A DNA stretch of 64,000 bases, from the NCBI GenBank assembly GCA_021613535.1, contig CP075493.1:10354001-10418000 (forward strand). The letters run 5' to 3'. This document shows, piece after piece, positions 1-13,527 of the stretch (the stretch's first letter is position 1; each line of letters starts with the position of its first letter). A program made the translations under genes and the position numbers. The DNA is from Adineta vaga. Taxonomy: Eukaryota > Animalia > Rotifera. The notes below the pieces were generated by a model. It saw only the letters and a list, made by a program, of their open reading frames with translations. It ran no database searches and was not told where the DNA came from.

Positions 1-2
1 AT

Positions 3-527
3 GAATATGTTCATTTATATACATTTGATTTTATTGTTGAATATGTTGGATTTAAATTAGTATGGGGTTGTTTAGTTTTCTATCCATTTTTTTATCCAAC
101 TGCAATTTGGTTTCCAATTCAATCGAGTTCATTATCATTTTCTCGACAAATACTGAGTATTAGTATCTTTTTTCTTGGATGGATTTTATCACGTGGAGCA
201 AATAATCAAAAATATCTATTTCGAACAAAACCAAAAGAAAAATTTCTTGGCTTAATTCAACCAATCTCCATCAATGGACGATTACTTTGTTCAGGTTGGT
301 GGGCATTGTCTCGTCACGTCAATTATCTTGGTGATACACTCATGGCTGTTGGTCTTAGTTTAGCCATTGCTGGTGGAATAGGTCCATGGTTATATCCATT
401 GTATTATGTTGGATTATTTCTTGCGAGAGAACGAACTGATTTTGAAAGATGTCGAGATAAATATGGAAAAGATTGGGATGAATATTGCCGTCGCGTTCCT
501 TATAGGATTATTCCATTTCTATACTAA
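3..527 (+). CDS. ERG4/ERG24-family sterol reductase, C-terminal part (5' truncated by window)
   Basis: Frame open from 3: EYVHLYTFDFIVEYVGFKLVWGCLVFYPFFY...LLCSGWWALSRHVNYLGD...RERTDFERCRDKYGKDWDEYCRRVPYRIIPFLY*. The SGWW..RH.NY.GD and C..KYG..W..Y...VPY motifs mark the family. Confidence 0.85.
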   Translation, partial: EYVHLYTFDFIVEYVGFKLVWGCLVFYPFFYPTAIWFPIQSSSLSFSRQILSISIFFLGWILSRGANNQKYLFRTKPKEKFLGLIQPISINGRLLCSGWWALSRHVNYLGDTLMAVGLSLAIAGGIGPWLYPLYYVGLFLARERTDFERCRDKYGKDWDEYCRRVPYRIIPFLY

Positions 528-576
528 TAATTATTTTCGACATTTTTTTTTCTAGATTGTAATTAGTTTGCAGAAA

Positions 577-3158
577 TGACATTCGATGGTTTTGGTAGGA
601 TGTGAAAGAGCAATAAAGGTTTAGAACTAATTGATATTCTTTATAGGAAACGGAACTCTTGTGACTTCACATATTCCAACAAGTTCAATTCGTCGACGAA
701 AAGAACAATTGAAAAAAGAAATTCAGGTAAGTTAGATTGAGAATATGTCAATGTACTTCATTTTGTTTGTACAAAAAAGTGACAGATGCGGTTTATGATA
801 GTTTTAATAATAAACATAAAACAGAACTTAGAAAAATATGACATTTTTTATCTACATGAAGAAAACTAATGCATGACTTACAACTTCTTCTTTTCTATTC
901 GTTCGCAATATTAATTATATGTTTTTATATTTAAAGGAAATCCATGAAAAAATTGCTCACTATGAAGTTGAAATGTCCATGATTCAATCTCAACATCCGA
1001 TTGAGTATGTAGAAAACTTGTGCGAATAATTTTCATTCTGATGTCGATAGGTTTCTTTTGATGAATGCAGATGAATAGAATATCAAAGCGTTACAATACG
1101 AGAAAAAAAACAGAAATTGGATGATATTGTACTACCTGAATATATTAGTCATTCGAATAATTGACGGAGAAAAAGAATCTAAAACGACCGAAGAAAATAA
1201 TTGAAGCGTCACATACGTCGTTCGTTTTTATTTATTCGAACTTGTATATCAATATTTTCTGTCTGTAATCAATAATTTCATCGAATGGACAAATCGATCG
1301 TTCGCAAGTCATCGAGGGCTTTAGAAACCGGCAAAATCTTTTCGCCAAGACTATCTGAAAGAGGTAAACAGCATGAGAGTCAAACAGAGTTTCATCATGG
1401 TTCGAAAATTGAACAAAAAATACAAAATCTTCGATTACGTATGCATGGACATCTACTACCACCGGAAGTTCCTGTTGTAGAACCGTTAAAACCAATGCGT
1501 TATGTACGACATTTTAATGTCTCAGTTTCATTAAAAAGATCGCGATTGTTAAGGTTTTTCGTTTGTTATATCAATGAATATATTTCACTCATTCTTTTTG
1601 CGTTTTTTTTCCTATTTAGTCGTCCGAATTCCGATTTAAAACAATGGTCGATTGGTAGAAGACAATTCAATGAAAATCCTAAACAAGTAATTTTGAAACA
1701 CCTATGTTTTTCATTTTAAAATGTGTGTTTCCCTAGGGAATTCAATGGCTTGTGGAGAATAATCTTCTTCAAAACACACCAGAGTCAGTGGCGACATTTC
1801 TATTCAATGAAACAGGATTGAGTAAACGTGCCATTGGAGAATATCTTGGCGAAAAGTATGTCTTTGAAACAATACTTATTCTTTTTATTTTATCTATGTT
1901 GTTGAATAGAGATGATTTTCATATTGACGTATTAAAACATTTTGCACGTCGACATGATTTTTTCACAGTAGATATCGTCGAAGCTCTTCGGTTTGTCGAT
2001 TCACTTTCTCTCTCTCTTTGATCAAATCTATTATTACAATAATACTTTTTTAGACGGTATTTATTTGCTTTTCTCCTTCCGGGTGAAGCACAAAAGATCG
2101 ATCGAATTATGGAAGCATTTTCAAAACGATATTATGAATGTAATCCAGATATATTTGTCAATGCTGGTAAGCTGAACCATTCGTTCTTCTAGAAATAAAA
2201 AAAAAAGTGTCTCTCATCATTTTGCTAATCATCTAGAAGTGTGTTTCATCCTATCCTATGCAATAATTATGCTGAATACATCACTGCATAATAAAAGTGC
2301 TCGTATGGGTGGACCGTTTACGTATGAAAAGTTTCTTAGTAGTTTAACTGAAGCTATTTCTCAACAACATATGCCTGACTCAACTACACTTAAAGTAAAA
2401 ATGATGAATAATGAATTTTGAAATGATTGAATTTTATTTTGTTTTTTCTTTTATAGAATATTTATGATCATATTAAAAATAATGAATTCAAATTTCCAGA
2501 TGATGGTGATATCGATATAATGAATGTTAGCATGAGAATTAAAGAAGGGTAAGAATATCAGAATGATGTTTTCAAATGATAAAGTAGAATTTTGTTTCAT
2601 AGTGGTTCAACCATCATTAAAGAAGGATGGTTATGGAAACAAGGTAAATTTAACGAAAGAAATGAGAAAAAAAACAAATTAATTGATAATTTAGGCGGAC
2701 TTGTCCGTAATTGGAAACGACGTTGGTTTGTTATAACAGATGGATGTTTGTTTTATTATGAATCTCGCACAGTAAATAATTATTGATTGTTTTTTTACTT
2801 GTAATTTACATACAAAAATTTTCTTAAATAGGAAGTTGATAATCCTCGTGGTATCGTATCATTAATTGATGTTGGTGTTCGAGAAATTGAAGATGATCGA
2901 CCAAAACAATTTTGTTTTGAACTTTTTCCACTTGCTGGCGAAAAAGTAAAATCAACGAAACCAGTATCTGGAGAAATAGGAAAAGTTACTGAAGGTAATC
3001 AATACTAATATTTCTCTTATTGCCAAACATTCATTGTTATTGCAGGTCATCATACAGTCTATCGAATGTCCGCACCATCTGACGATGAACGTAAAGATTG
3101 GATTCGTGCATTACGTATTGGCACTCAAAATGAATTACCTAAACAACGACTATCCTAG
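577..3158 (+). CDS. CYTH: Cytohesin-family Arf-GEF (coiled coil, Sec7, PH); multi-exon, two alternative N-termini
   Basis: Spliced exons give Sec7 motifs ([56 protein letters not shown]) and a PH domain ([21 protein letters not shown]...[18 protein letters not shown]). Stop TAG 3156-3158. Start 577 or alternative first exon at 1285. Confidence 0.9.
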
Positions 3159-3412
3159 TAGAATTTGTGGTGCTAGTAATTCTTTTTGTCATTCCATGCA
3201 TGTCTCTTCAATGGCTGATACGTAGTTTTATATATTTGCTCTCTTTTTTGTGTATACTTCTTTTTCTTTTACGACGCCCGGTGCGTTGTCTTCTTTTTGT
3301 GTATAGAACAGTGTATCTTTTCATGTTTTTAGTATAATGTGAACTAATAAAGAATTTCGAATTTGTTTTTCTTTTTCAGATCGATCGAAGAAGAAAAAAA
3401 AAGAAGCTAATC

Positions 3413-5106
3413 ATGCCATTGGAGAGTACGATTATCTGGTGAGGAGAATCGAACAAATCGAAGAGGAAAAGACGAGAATAATGTGTTGCTTTTTTAAATA
3501 TTTAGTATTGATAATAGTGATTATATGCGTGATGGAGATTTTATTCCTTCAAGAATGCAAGTACAACAAGATGCTGTATCATTAATTTTCCATGCTAAAA
3601 CAAGATCAAATCCGGAGAATAATGTTGGATTACTCACATTTTCCGAGTATGACAAGTATTATTAGTGATGATGATGATAATTAGTCATTTTTACCTTTTA
3701 GCGGACGAGTTGTTACTCAATTAACAAGTGATGTGGGCAAAGTCTTTTCAAAATTACATTTATTACCAATCGAAGGAAAAAATGATTTTTGTAAAGGAAT
3801 TAAAGTTGCTAATGTATGTGAACAATTTGTATTGATTAAACTGATATATTATTATTGACTTTTGTTTTCATAGTTAGCATTAAAACATCGACAAGGAAAG
3901 AATCATCGACCTCGTATTGTTGCTTTTATTGGTAGTCCATTAGAAGTGGATACAAATGAATTTACTAAATTAGCAAAACGATTAAAGAAAGAAAAAGTCT
4001 CCATTGATATTGTTATTTTCGGTGATGAAGTAAGATTATTCCTATACATATACTATTGTATTCGTATTAAATCATAATTTAGTCATCAAAAGAGAAATTC
4101 GAAGAATTTATAACAATTATTAATGGAAAAGAAAATACAAAGTAAGAGAATAGAATACATGTCACATAAGATTATTGAATATATTATGATTTAATCTAGT
4201 TCTCATTTAATATGTGTTCCATCCGGAGCAAATTTACCGGATACACTTATCAATACACCAATCATTCAAAGCGAAGATGGTTCAGGTATACCAGGTGGAT
4301 ATTCAGCAAGTGCTTTTGCATTTGGAATTAATCCAGAAGATGATCCTGAATTGGCTATGGTTTGTTCTTTTCTGGGATGTCTTATTTGATACAATGAGTT
4401 CTTTTTTTAAGGCACTTCGAATTTCTATGGAAGAACAAAGACGTGTTCAAGAAGCAGAAATAGGTCGTGGTTCAGCTAGTGAAACTACTGGTCCACAAAA
4501 TCCACCAACAAATTCAGGAACTTCAAGTAAATAGATGAAGATTTAGTTTTTCTTTGATTTCTGTAAATTATTTTTTCTATTATCTAGGTGCTAATCTTGA
4601 TGCACAAACAGGTTCAAATGAAATGGATGTTACTCGACTTACAGAAGAAGAGCAAATTGCATTGGCTATTCAAATGTCTATGTCACAAGCAGAAGGCGGT
4701 AGTATGTATTCTATTTCTTTTGCGAATTTTAGTTTTTAATTGATTGATTGATTGATAAATATTGTATTGAATTAATAGATACAAATGACGTTGAAATGAA
4801 AGAAGAACCTTCGAATACAGCCACAGCTGAAAAACCAGCAACAGTAAGTTGATTTTGTTTCTTGGATATCAATGTTCTATGTGGTTTTTGTGTCAGACAA
4901 CTGAAGGACAACAACAATCGAATCCTGATTCATTTGCTGCATCACTTAATGATCCGCAATTTTTACGCGATGTTCTTCGAGATTTACCAGGTGTCGATGT
5001 TGATAGCGAGGCTGTTCGAGCTGCTCTTGAACAAGTTCAACAACAGCCAAAAAAATCAGATGACAACGATGATGCAGCAGCGAAGAAGAAAAAGGATGGA
5101 AAATAA
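3413..5106 (+). CDS. PSMD4: 26S proteasome non-ATPase regulatory subunit 4 (Rpn10/S5a), multi-exon
   Basis: [25 protein letters not shown] (vWA), [22 protein letters not shown], UIMs [17 protein letters not shown] and [15 protein letters not shown]-terminal [16 protein letters not shown]. Confidence 0.95.
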
Positions 5107-5785
5107 CATGTGATCGAATGATTTATGTAATTAACTAATCGAGAAGAACTACATTGAAATTTTATGTCATTTTTTGCTCTCCTTTTCTGTGGAATTTCTT
5201 TTTCTCTTATATTTCTGCTGTTTAAAATTCAGCTAGCAAAATTACCACAACTTACCACGAAACATAGTTTCAAAACAGAATAAAAATTTATGATTTCGAT
5301 CAGTATGAAAGTCTTCATCAATCCTTTAAAGAATACAATAGATTCCTTTGAAAAAAAATAATTGATTGTTCTTTTGACAAAATTGAATTATGTCGTACAA
5401 GTACACTTCACCATCGTGCATTTTCAAAGAAAGAAAATATCTCGCTTTCACGTACTATTACAGATTGCCTATTAGATCAAACTTGGGTATTATAAATTCA
5501 CTCTTGTTTTATCTATTCATTATCGAAATAAGAAGAAGATACAAGCCAAAAAGAGAAGAAAAAAAACTGAGACGTAATATAGTGAGAGAGAGAGAAAAAA
5601 AGAAGTACTAATGGAAGAAATGAAATTGTTTTCATGGTTAGTTTTCTTTCTCATATTTGAATGGATTAGTGTGAAAATTACAGAAAAAAAGAAAGAGAAA
5701 AAAAATGAAACATGGATTCTTTTTTTTTTCTTCAACACTAAAAGTACATTTTTATTGGAAGGAAAATATCCCAAAAATCTTTCTT

Positions 5786-8700
5786 TTAATTTGTTCGATG
5801 ATGATAAGTAACAACATTCCGATGAGTACTAGTAAAACTTGTATTGTCTGTTTCATAGTTTGTTCGTCGTCCACAATCAGGACAAACGATATCAGATCCT
5901 TCAGTAAGAAAACCACGACCAACAAGTGATGAACGACAACGTTGACACACAAAACAATCATTATGCCAATGACGATCTTCAAACGAGATGTAGCGTGTAC
6001 CACCAACTCCTATGAAATAGTGAAAAACAAAAGAAAACAATTTTTATTTTTGTTTGATTTATTGTCATTTACCTGTTATAGGTTTAGCACATGAAAAGCA
6101 TTTCTTAGCAAAAAGTCGACCAAAACAATCAGCACAATAGGGATGATCATCTCGCGATGTAAAACGTTGACCAGCAAGAGAATTTTTACAATTTGTACAT
6201 GTAAAACATTCACGATGCCTAGAATGAATTTGAATTTCAAGAAAAAAAACGTCTTGATTTTGAAAATAAATCTTTACCATGGTTGATTCTTGTATGTCAC
6301 GCCACCTTGACTGATTATCTAAGGATAAAAAAAAACATATAGGTTTGATCAATCGCGATGAAACTATATACCTTGTGACAACGTGTACATTTTGTTGCAA
6401 AATTATCTTCATAACATGTTACACAAAAACTTTTTTGATCCTTAGGAATAAAACTTTTCGTTCCAATTGGTTGTGAACATGAGTGACAAGTAAAACAGTG
6501 TTCATGAAATTGTTGATTGCGATATTCGAGTTTCTTACTACCTTTTAAATTGATTACATATATCGTTATATAAGTAGACGAAGAACAAGAGGGAAAAAAA
6601 GCATCGATTGACTAACCTGGTTTAAATATTTGATGACATTTATCACAACGTGAAGCAAATTGTTGATTATAACATTCTCCACAAAAAAGATGCTCATTTT
6701 TACAGCCGAACGGTTTATCAACAAGTGCTGCTTTACATACCGAGCAAAAGAAACATTTTTCATGCCAATGACGATCTTTATACGAAAGATCCTAAACATA
6801 AAATCATCACTATTTCATATCGAATGGTTTCTTCTTCGAATCGAACTAACTTTGGAATCTGTACCAATTTTTCTATGACATTCTTCACATGTATTAGCAA
6901 AACGATCTTCATAACATGTAATACAATAAGGTCGTTCATCTTTAAGAATATATCGGGAACCAGATAAATTTCGATTACAATGTGCACAATTAAAATGTTC
7001 TTCACCACCAAGACTATGTGAATTATATTGATATGATGAATGACCATTAGTAACTTTTGGATTGCTATTTAATGATCGAGTATAATCACCATCACCATTG
7101 TTATAGGTGACCTAAAAAAAAAGGTAATATTCATATGTTTTCGATATGTATTAAGAAAAGAAATAAAAGCGATTTCTTGTCGTCATTTTGTTTCGAAATT
7201 GATTCGTTTATAATAAACAATACTCACGCGTACAAGTTCGTCTTCCATTTGGACTTTATTCTTCTCGATATTTAACTTGTAATGATATTAATTATAATCC
7301 AAGCAGAAGGCTAGTGATGATGTTAGTAAGCACATTTCATTTACACAATGAATCTGTCAATGGTCGATGAGTGCTACTTTTTCTGTTCGTTTTTTTTCGT
7401 TTTGCTTTTTATTCAAAGTATTGTTCAACGGGCATGCGAATGAGAGAAGTTAGTTGAAAGAAAGAATAGTATAAAGCAAAGAATATTGCTTAAAGGTACA
7501 AAGAGAGAGAGAGAGAGAAAGAACAGAAGAAAAGGAATTGTATGCAAATAGGACATATATATAAGCGTGTAGGCTAAAAGAAATGAATAGAGAAGCATAG
7601 AAGACATGCTAAATCTTTGACGATATTACATCTCTTTCACACACACATGTGATGTTTGATAAGACGAAATTTTTTGCTCTTTATAAAAGAAAGAAAGAAA
7701 GAAAGAATAATGGTCACCGACAACTTCTTACTATCATTGAGTTACATGTACCTGCGGTCACTGAAAAAAAGTTTTTTTTCATTTATATACATATATGTGT
7801 GTATGTTTTTATTACAAAAGTACCATCAGTGGTCACTTGAAACTTTATAAATGAGAGAAAAATAACGCATATATACACTTTCAAGCATTATTTATAAGTG
7901 TAGTCTGAAGAAGTTTATCAAGCCTTTTCTTTGATAATTGTTTGAAATAAAACAGAAGCATGATACATGCAAAAAAAATTCACTATACATTGAATTTAAT
8001 TGAACAATCAGATGTCATCTTAGTGATATTCAACACCACGATGATAATCAGAAGCAAAAGGATTCTAAGGACGTGTTTGAATTGAGGACAAACTATTTAT
8101 TCTTGCATGTTGTCTCAGTGTCAAATATTGAAAAAAGGCGTCAAAAAGAGAAGAATCGGTATATGCGAGTCCTGTTTTGCGGTTGTACATAACGCTTGAA
8201 GAGAAACTGAAGTGTCTATATGTCAATATTAAATCTTAACCGATAAATGTATTGGACTACTTCTATCGAATGAAACTACATGAAGAAATCGTACTGAAGT
8301 AGAAGCAATGAGTTTGAATAGATTTTATTTCATTATGGAATAAGCAGTGTATATATATAAAGAGAGGGAGAGAGAGAGATGAAAAAAGCGATGTCCCAAA
8401 GCTATTTTTTTTATATTCAATTGATGCGTGCTCAGAGTATAAAAGAATAGAGATTTTTTATTTGATACCTACATTCATTTTGACACGATATTGAACCTTG
8501 AGTGAAAAAATGATATGATAATTATTGAAATTAATTGGGATTTTTTTCGGGAAAAGAATTCTATTGTGAAATTTAATTGAAGAGAAAACAAAATAGAAAC
8601 TTAACAAACCCCTCCAGATCGTCGATTATCACCGGCAAGGTTTTGTCTTGAAATACTTTCATCATTGGAATAATACGGATGTTCTTCATAAACATGAGGA

Positions 8701-8801
8701 TCTTGTATATTAGCATAAGTTGGTTGTTGATGTTGAAAATGACTTTGTGAACTACCTGAACTTGTAGTTCGTCTATTTGGGCTTGTACTTATGTGTGCCA
8801 T
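5786..8801 (-). CDS. FHL2: Four-and-a-half LIM domains protein (FHL2/Limpet-like); alternative first exons 8801-8610 and 7248-7228
   Basis: Half LIM (FNCAHCNRNLSGSRYILKDERPYCITCYE) followed by four LIM domains, e.g. WHRECFTCTNCKNSLAGQRFTSRDDHPYCADC and RHWHNDCFVCQRCRSSLVGRGF. GT-AG junctions are in phase. Confidence 0.88.
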
Positions 8802-9723
8802 TTATTGAAAAACAAAATATATATCTAGAAAAGAGCAAAATAAACAAATGTAAAGGAATAGAAGTCTGACAATCTAATTCACAGCTTATTTATGCTTTGA
8901 TCGAACGCAATATAATAAAAAAAAATGTTTTCGCAGTCAATACCTTTCATATTATATATAATTTTTTTTTCTTCTCTTCTACTTTCAAATCATTCTCAAT
9001 GCCAATATATTAACCCGAAAAGTTTCTTTCTTTTTCTTCTTCTTTTCCTGCTTTGACTTAAACTACTCAGAGAACGTGTGCGTGTATGTTTGTGCGCGTA
9101 CGCCCATATTCATCAATGGTAATGGCAAATGTTAGAAGAAAGAGAGAGAGAGAGAGAAAAAAGACGTCAAAGAATAGCTAGAAGTAGAAGGACATGTTGT
9201 TGTTTCTTTATTTTAATTCAAAGTCATGCCAACCAAAGCGTATGTATAGATCTTTTTTAGCAAACACAACAACAGAATAGAACAGACGAACGAATAAAAA
9301 AAGGAAGAAAAAAAATGACTAGAAAGGCACCACATGGTGTCGACGGCAACATATTGACAAGAGATCCATAGACTATATTTGCTCAAGTCTTTCTGTATAT
9401 ATACATGCAGATGGTTGTCAACTAAATCAATGCAATCATTACATGTTTTTTAATCAACCATAAGTAGAAAAGAAAACGAAATAAATCGTTTTTTTTATTC
9501 AATTGATCGCATAGAAACGATTTTCTTTTCTTTAGTGTTTTTAATCGATTCGATCGAAAATAGTGCAAGTATTAAAGGCACATGGATTTGCATGTGTTTC
9601 ATTCTTTTTTTGTTCTCATTGAAAATTGAAATATTAGTTACGAAATAGAGAATAACAACTAATAAAGAAAAAAAAAGTTGACAAAAAAATAGATGTATGT
9701 GTATGTGTGTATGTAGATATTTA

Positions 9724-11054
9724 TTAAACAGATGTAGTCCGTTTAACACCTCGTCTTGTATTTCGTCGTATTGGATTATCATTAGTCGATCGTGTTGTGG
9801 ATTGAGACATCATAGAAATTTTTGCATTTAACATCGGTGCAGGTGTTGTTGGTCGGGAATTAGCTAAGAGTTGTGCTTGTGATTTGGATTTAACCATTTG
9901 TGTGAGTAAATGCATATCTTCTGCACGTATTAAAACGCGACAATAATCGCCGTAAGCGATCGTTGGTGATCGAGGTGGAAAAGGTATTCTGTCAAATTTC
10001 GGCAATGGTGGTAGCGGTGATGAAGTTGAATTATCAAATGGTAAACGTCGTCGTGCTTGTTTATAAATCAAAGAATTGATTCCATCATTTGTTATATATT
10101 GATATTGTAGATGATTTTGATTTGAACGATTGCCGATCGATTTTGTTGGAGTTAATGAAGCGAGATTTAATGGTAAAGCTGTTGTCATTGATAGGCAATT
10201 TCCCATCAATTGACGCGTTCGTTCACGTAATTTTTCTTGTTTACGTACAAGTGCACGAAAACGATAGATAAACCAATAAACAGTTAGAACACCAGTTAAT
10301 TCTTGTAGAACAAATGATAAAACCGCACAAAGAAATGAATAGCCATAGGAACAATGCATCACCGGATGATCTTGATCGATTTTAACGGATTCTTCTGTTG
10401 TTATTGATACATATAAGGTAACACCAACCATAGTTAGTAAACCTATTTGAAGAAGAAGAAGAAGAAGAAGAAAAAAATATATATAAATTATTCATCTTTT
10501 TTTTTCTTTTCCGAAGATGTCGAAGAAATTTTACCTGAGATAGAAAATAAAAGTCCTGAGATGAAGAAAACAGCTTTTCGACGTCGTTTACAAAGACCAC
10601 GAGTAAACAAAAAAATAGCAATTATCAAAAGAATAGATGCAGCTGAAAAACAAGTCATACTTGGTGCTGATCGATCTAAATAGGTACAGCAGAAAGAAGA
10701 GAAAATTTTGAACAATAATCAAACTAATTTTCGCTTATCAATATTAAATTACTTACATGATACAGCTTTGAAACCTTTCTCCAATTTCGCTTCTGCTTTT
10801 GAATATTTAACAATCTCACATTCATATCTTCCATAATTTATTTCTCGCGAACATTCTCGCCATAAACCAATACGATGAAATGTATAATTTGCAATTCGTG
10901 ATTCTCCTGCTTTAACAATAGGATTTTGTGATAGACGTGTTTGATTACCGTAAATCCAATGATCAGTAAATAAACAAATGGTCATAAGTGCAGGCGCAGT
11001 ATAGGCACTGACCGCTGCACATACCATCAGTGCCTTATGATGAAAATTACCCAT
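9724..11054 (-). CDS. TARP/stargazin-like AMPA-receptor regulatory protein (CACNG, claudin superfamily), 3 exons
   Basis: Four TM segments, TDHW and GLWREC claudin-family motifs, FFISGLLFSISG, YGYSF and QELTGVLTVYWFI. C-terminal KRTTSV resembles the type I TARP PDZ ligand RRTTPV. Confidence 0.85.
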
Positions 11055-11332
11055 CCATGCGCCGTCTCTGCGCAACCGGGAAAGGAACTAATGTTCTTCT
11101 CGACTAACGAATATGATAGAAAGGAAAACGAAGTGCCAATGGACGACGTGTAACTAAACACAAGGGTAATGGAAACGATAATGATGTTGATGATGTGTCA
11201 AATCATCTAAAATGCAAACATACACACATATATATTTTTACACACCTCTCTTGTCTAAGCTAGAAGTCAAAAACGTGTATGAAAAGATTAGAATTTGTTG
11301 ATGGTTCGGTGGGAATAACTTAGCACGCAATG

Positions 11333-11363
11333 ATCTATCTATCTATCTATCTATCTGTCTGTC
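11333..11363. repeat. (ATCT)n/(GTCT)n microsatellite
   Basis: atctatctatctatctatctatctgtctgtct directly visible. Confidence 0.8.
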
Positions 11364-13245
11364 TCTTTCTTTTGTTCGAATCATTATTTATGACTAGAGA
11401 ATATCTACTATATACACATTGAACCGCTTACCATTTGGAAAAAATTCGATTCTCTAGTAAGTTGTTGAACTAATACACCACCACCATCACCACCACTACG
11501 ATCATCATAATCATCATCATCATGATCACTACTACTTATACACAAAGGAGATAGTCAGATCTAAACAGAATGGAAAAGACACAAAGAGACAGAGAGAGAG
11601 AAGGAGAGAGAGAAATATTGTATTAGTATTTTCTCTTTGAACGCGCGCGCGCGAGCAGTTGCGACACGATGCGATGTGAACTCACGATCGGATCATCCTC
11701 TCTTTTCACTACATCTAACATACATAAGGAAAATTACATATTTTATCTCGAGCTTGCTCTTTTCTTATCTCTCTTCATTTTTTTTCTTTTCTTTTGCATC
11801 TTTTTCTTTCCACTGACTACGAATGACAACAGAAAAGTTGTCGGAGGGCGACGAGAAAAGATGAGTAGATACTTTTGAACAATTGATCGGAAGACAAGAT
11901 TCGCTCTTTGCTTTGTGCCTTGAACAATTGTCTCTTCCTCTTGTTCTTCTTCTTCCTTCTTTCAGAAAACTAGCATTGCTAACACTAAGCCTAGCGGCAA
12001 TGTCTTTCTTAACATACACGCACAGTAAAACAAGCGAATGTGACATAAAACAATGATCGAGAAAGCTAAAACCCATAAAGATAGAAGAAAAAGAATTGTT
12101 TCAACAAAAATCTCTCAGATAAGAACATCAAAAAGGTCCTTTGTCAAAGATTAGTAGTTAAAACTAACATATAGTTCATAATCCCATAGTTACATACTAA
12201 AGTTCTATTGTATTTGAAAACCGCAAAAAAAATTGTGTGACATATCCTTTTCCTATATAATCGAACAGACGATGAAGAAGCAAAAACCGCATCTATCAAA
12301 AAAAAAAGAGAACTCTCTTCATTTGGAACTGAAATATCATTCATCCCTAGTTCTAGTTGTGAACAAACGAGTACTTGAGAGTATGATAATTAATATTTAT
12401 TCTATATGATTGATTAATCTGTCTACTGAAGAGACCTCGAATTGAGGATAGAACTCTCAGAAATTAACGATTGTATATGATGAACAAATTCATTCTTATT
12501 GAATCTCTCTAATACAAAACATATTTGGCAATAGTCTTTCTATCAATCTCCTTTTCTGATTGTTGCTGATAATAACAATAAACTTAATCGATTAGAAAAA
12601 TATCACGAATAATGTCTTCTTGTTCTTCAATAAAAAAAAACAGAAACAAACTTTGTTGATATTGAATAAAATATTCAATAATTTGACGATTAGATCAAAA
12701 TCATTGATTCATAGATGATAACAGATGCAATTGATCGAAAATGATTTTGTCAAAGAATAATCATCATCTTCTTCTTCTGAAGCTAATCTATACGATTGAA
12801 TATAGGACTTGAATGAAAAACATATGAAGAAAATATACTTAGAGAAAAAGATCGGTTCGAAGACATCGAATTGATTAGAATTCATAGAACGATGTCAGAT
12901 AATCAAAACATTTCTTCAAATATCTTATTGTTCGAATCATAGAAAGAAGAATACATTTATTTTTTCTCCTATCGAGAACTCTAATATGTCTCTCGACATC
13001 CGAATAGACTATAAATAATCAAATGTATATAATAAAATTATCTCGTCAAACGCGTCTAATCGATAGATTTTATTGCTCCTTGCCATTCAAATAAACCAAT
13101 GACTGAAAAACTTATTTTTATTTTTGTATTTTATATCACTTCACTTGAATTTCAACTTAGAACACATAATTTACGTTGATGAACGCGTACATTTATTCAT
13201 AAGTTACACAACAATGCATGACACACATAAATACATAAGTATTCA

Positions 13246-13267
13246 AGAAGAAGAAGAAGAAGAAGAA
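13246..13267. repeat. (GAA)n microsatellite
   Basis: aagaagaagaagaagaagaaga; a similar tract lies at 10449-10472 in a TARP intron. Confidence 0.8.
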
Positions 13268-13527
13268 AACTAACATAAATAAAGGAGTAAGAAAGTTAAC
13301 TTATACATTAAAAGAAACCAATAAACTTCTTTTATGTGATAAAAACAAATCATATTTTACTAAATGCATTAATGATGTTTTGATTTTCTTCTCAAGTAAA
13401 TCTTCAATTGATTATTTCATCGAACTAATCTAAAGAAATTTGTTTCTCCATGAACATGATCATTTCGATTATTTCGTTTTTGTCATGATTGTCTTCGCAT
13501 AACAGAAGAAAGACTTAAGCTTTTTGA

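Noticed and set aside
5390-5929. Several short ORFs between PSMD4 and FHL
   Set aside because: Low-complexity A/T-run translations in convergent 3' UTRs.
11642-11653. (CG)6 tract as a Z-DNA or regulatory element near the TARP promoter
   Set aside because: Too short and isolated to support a function.
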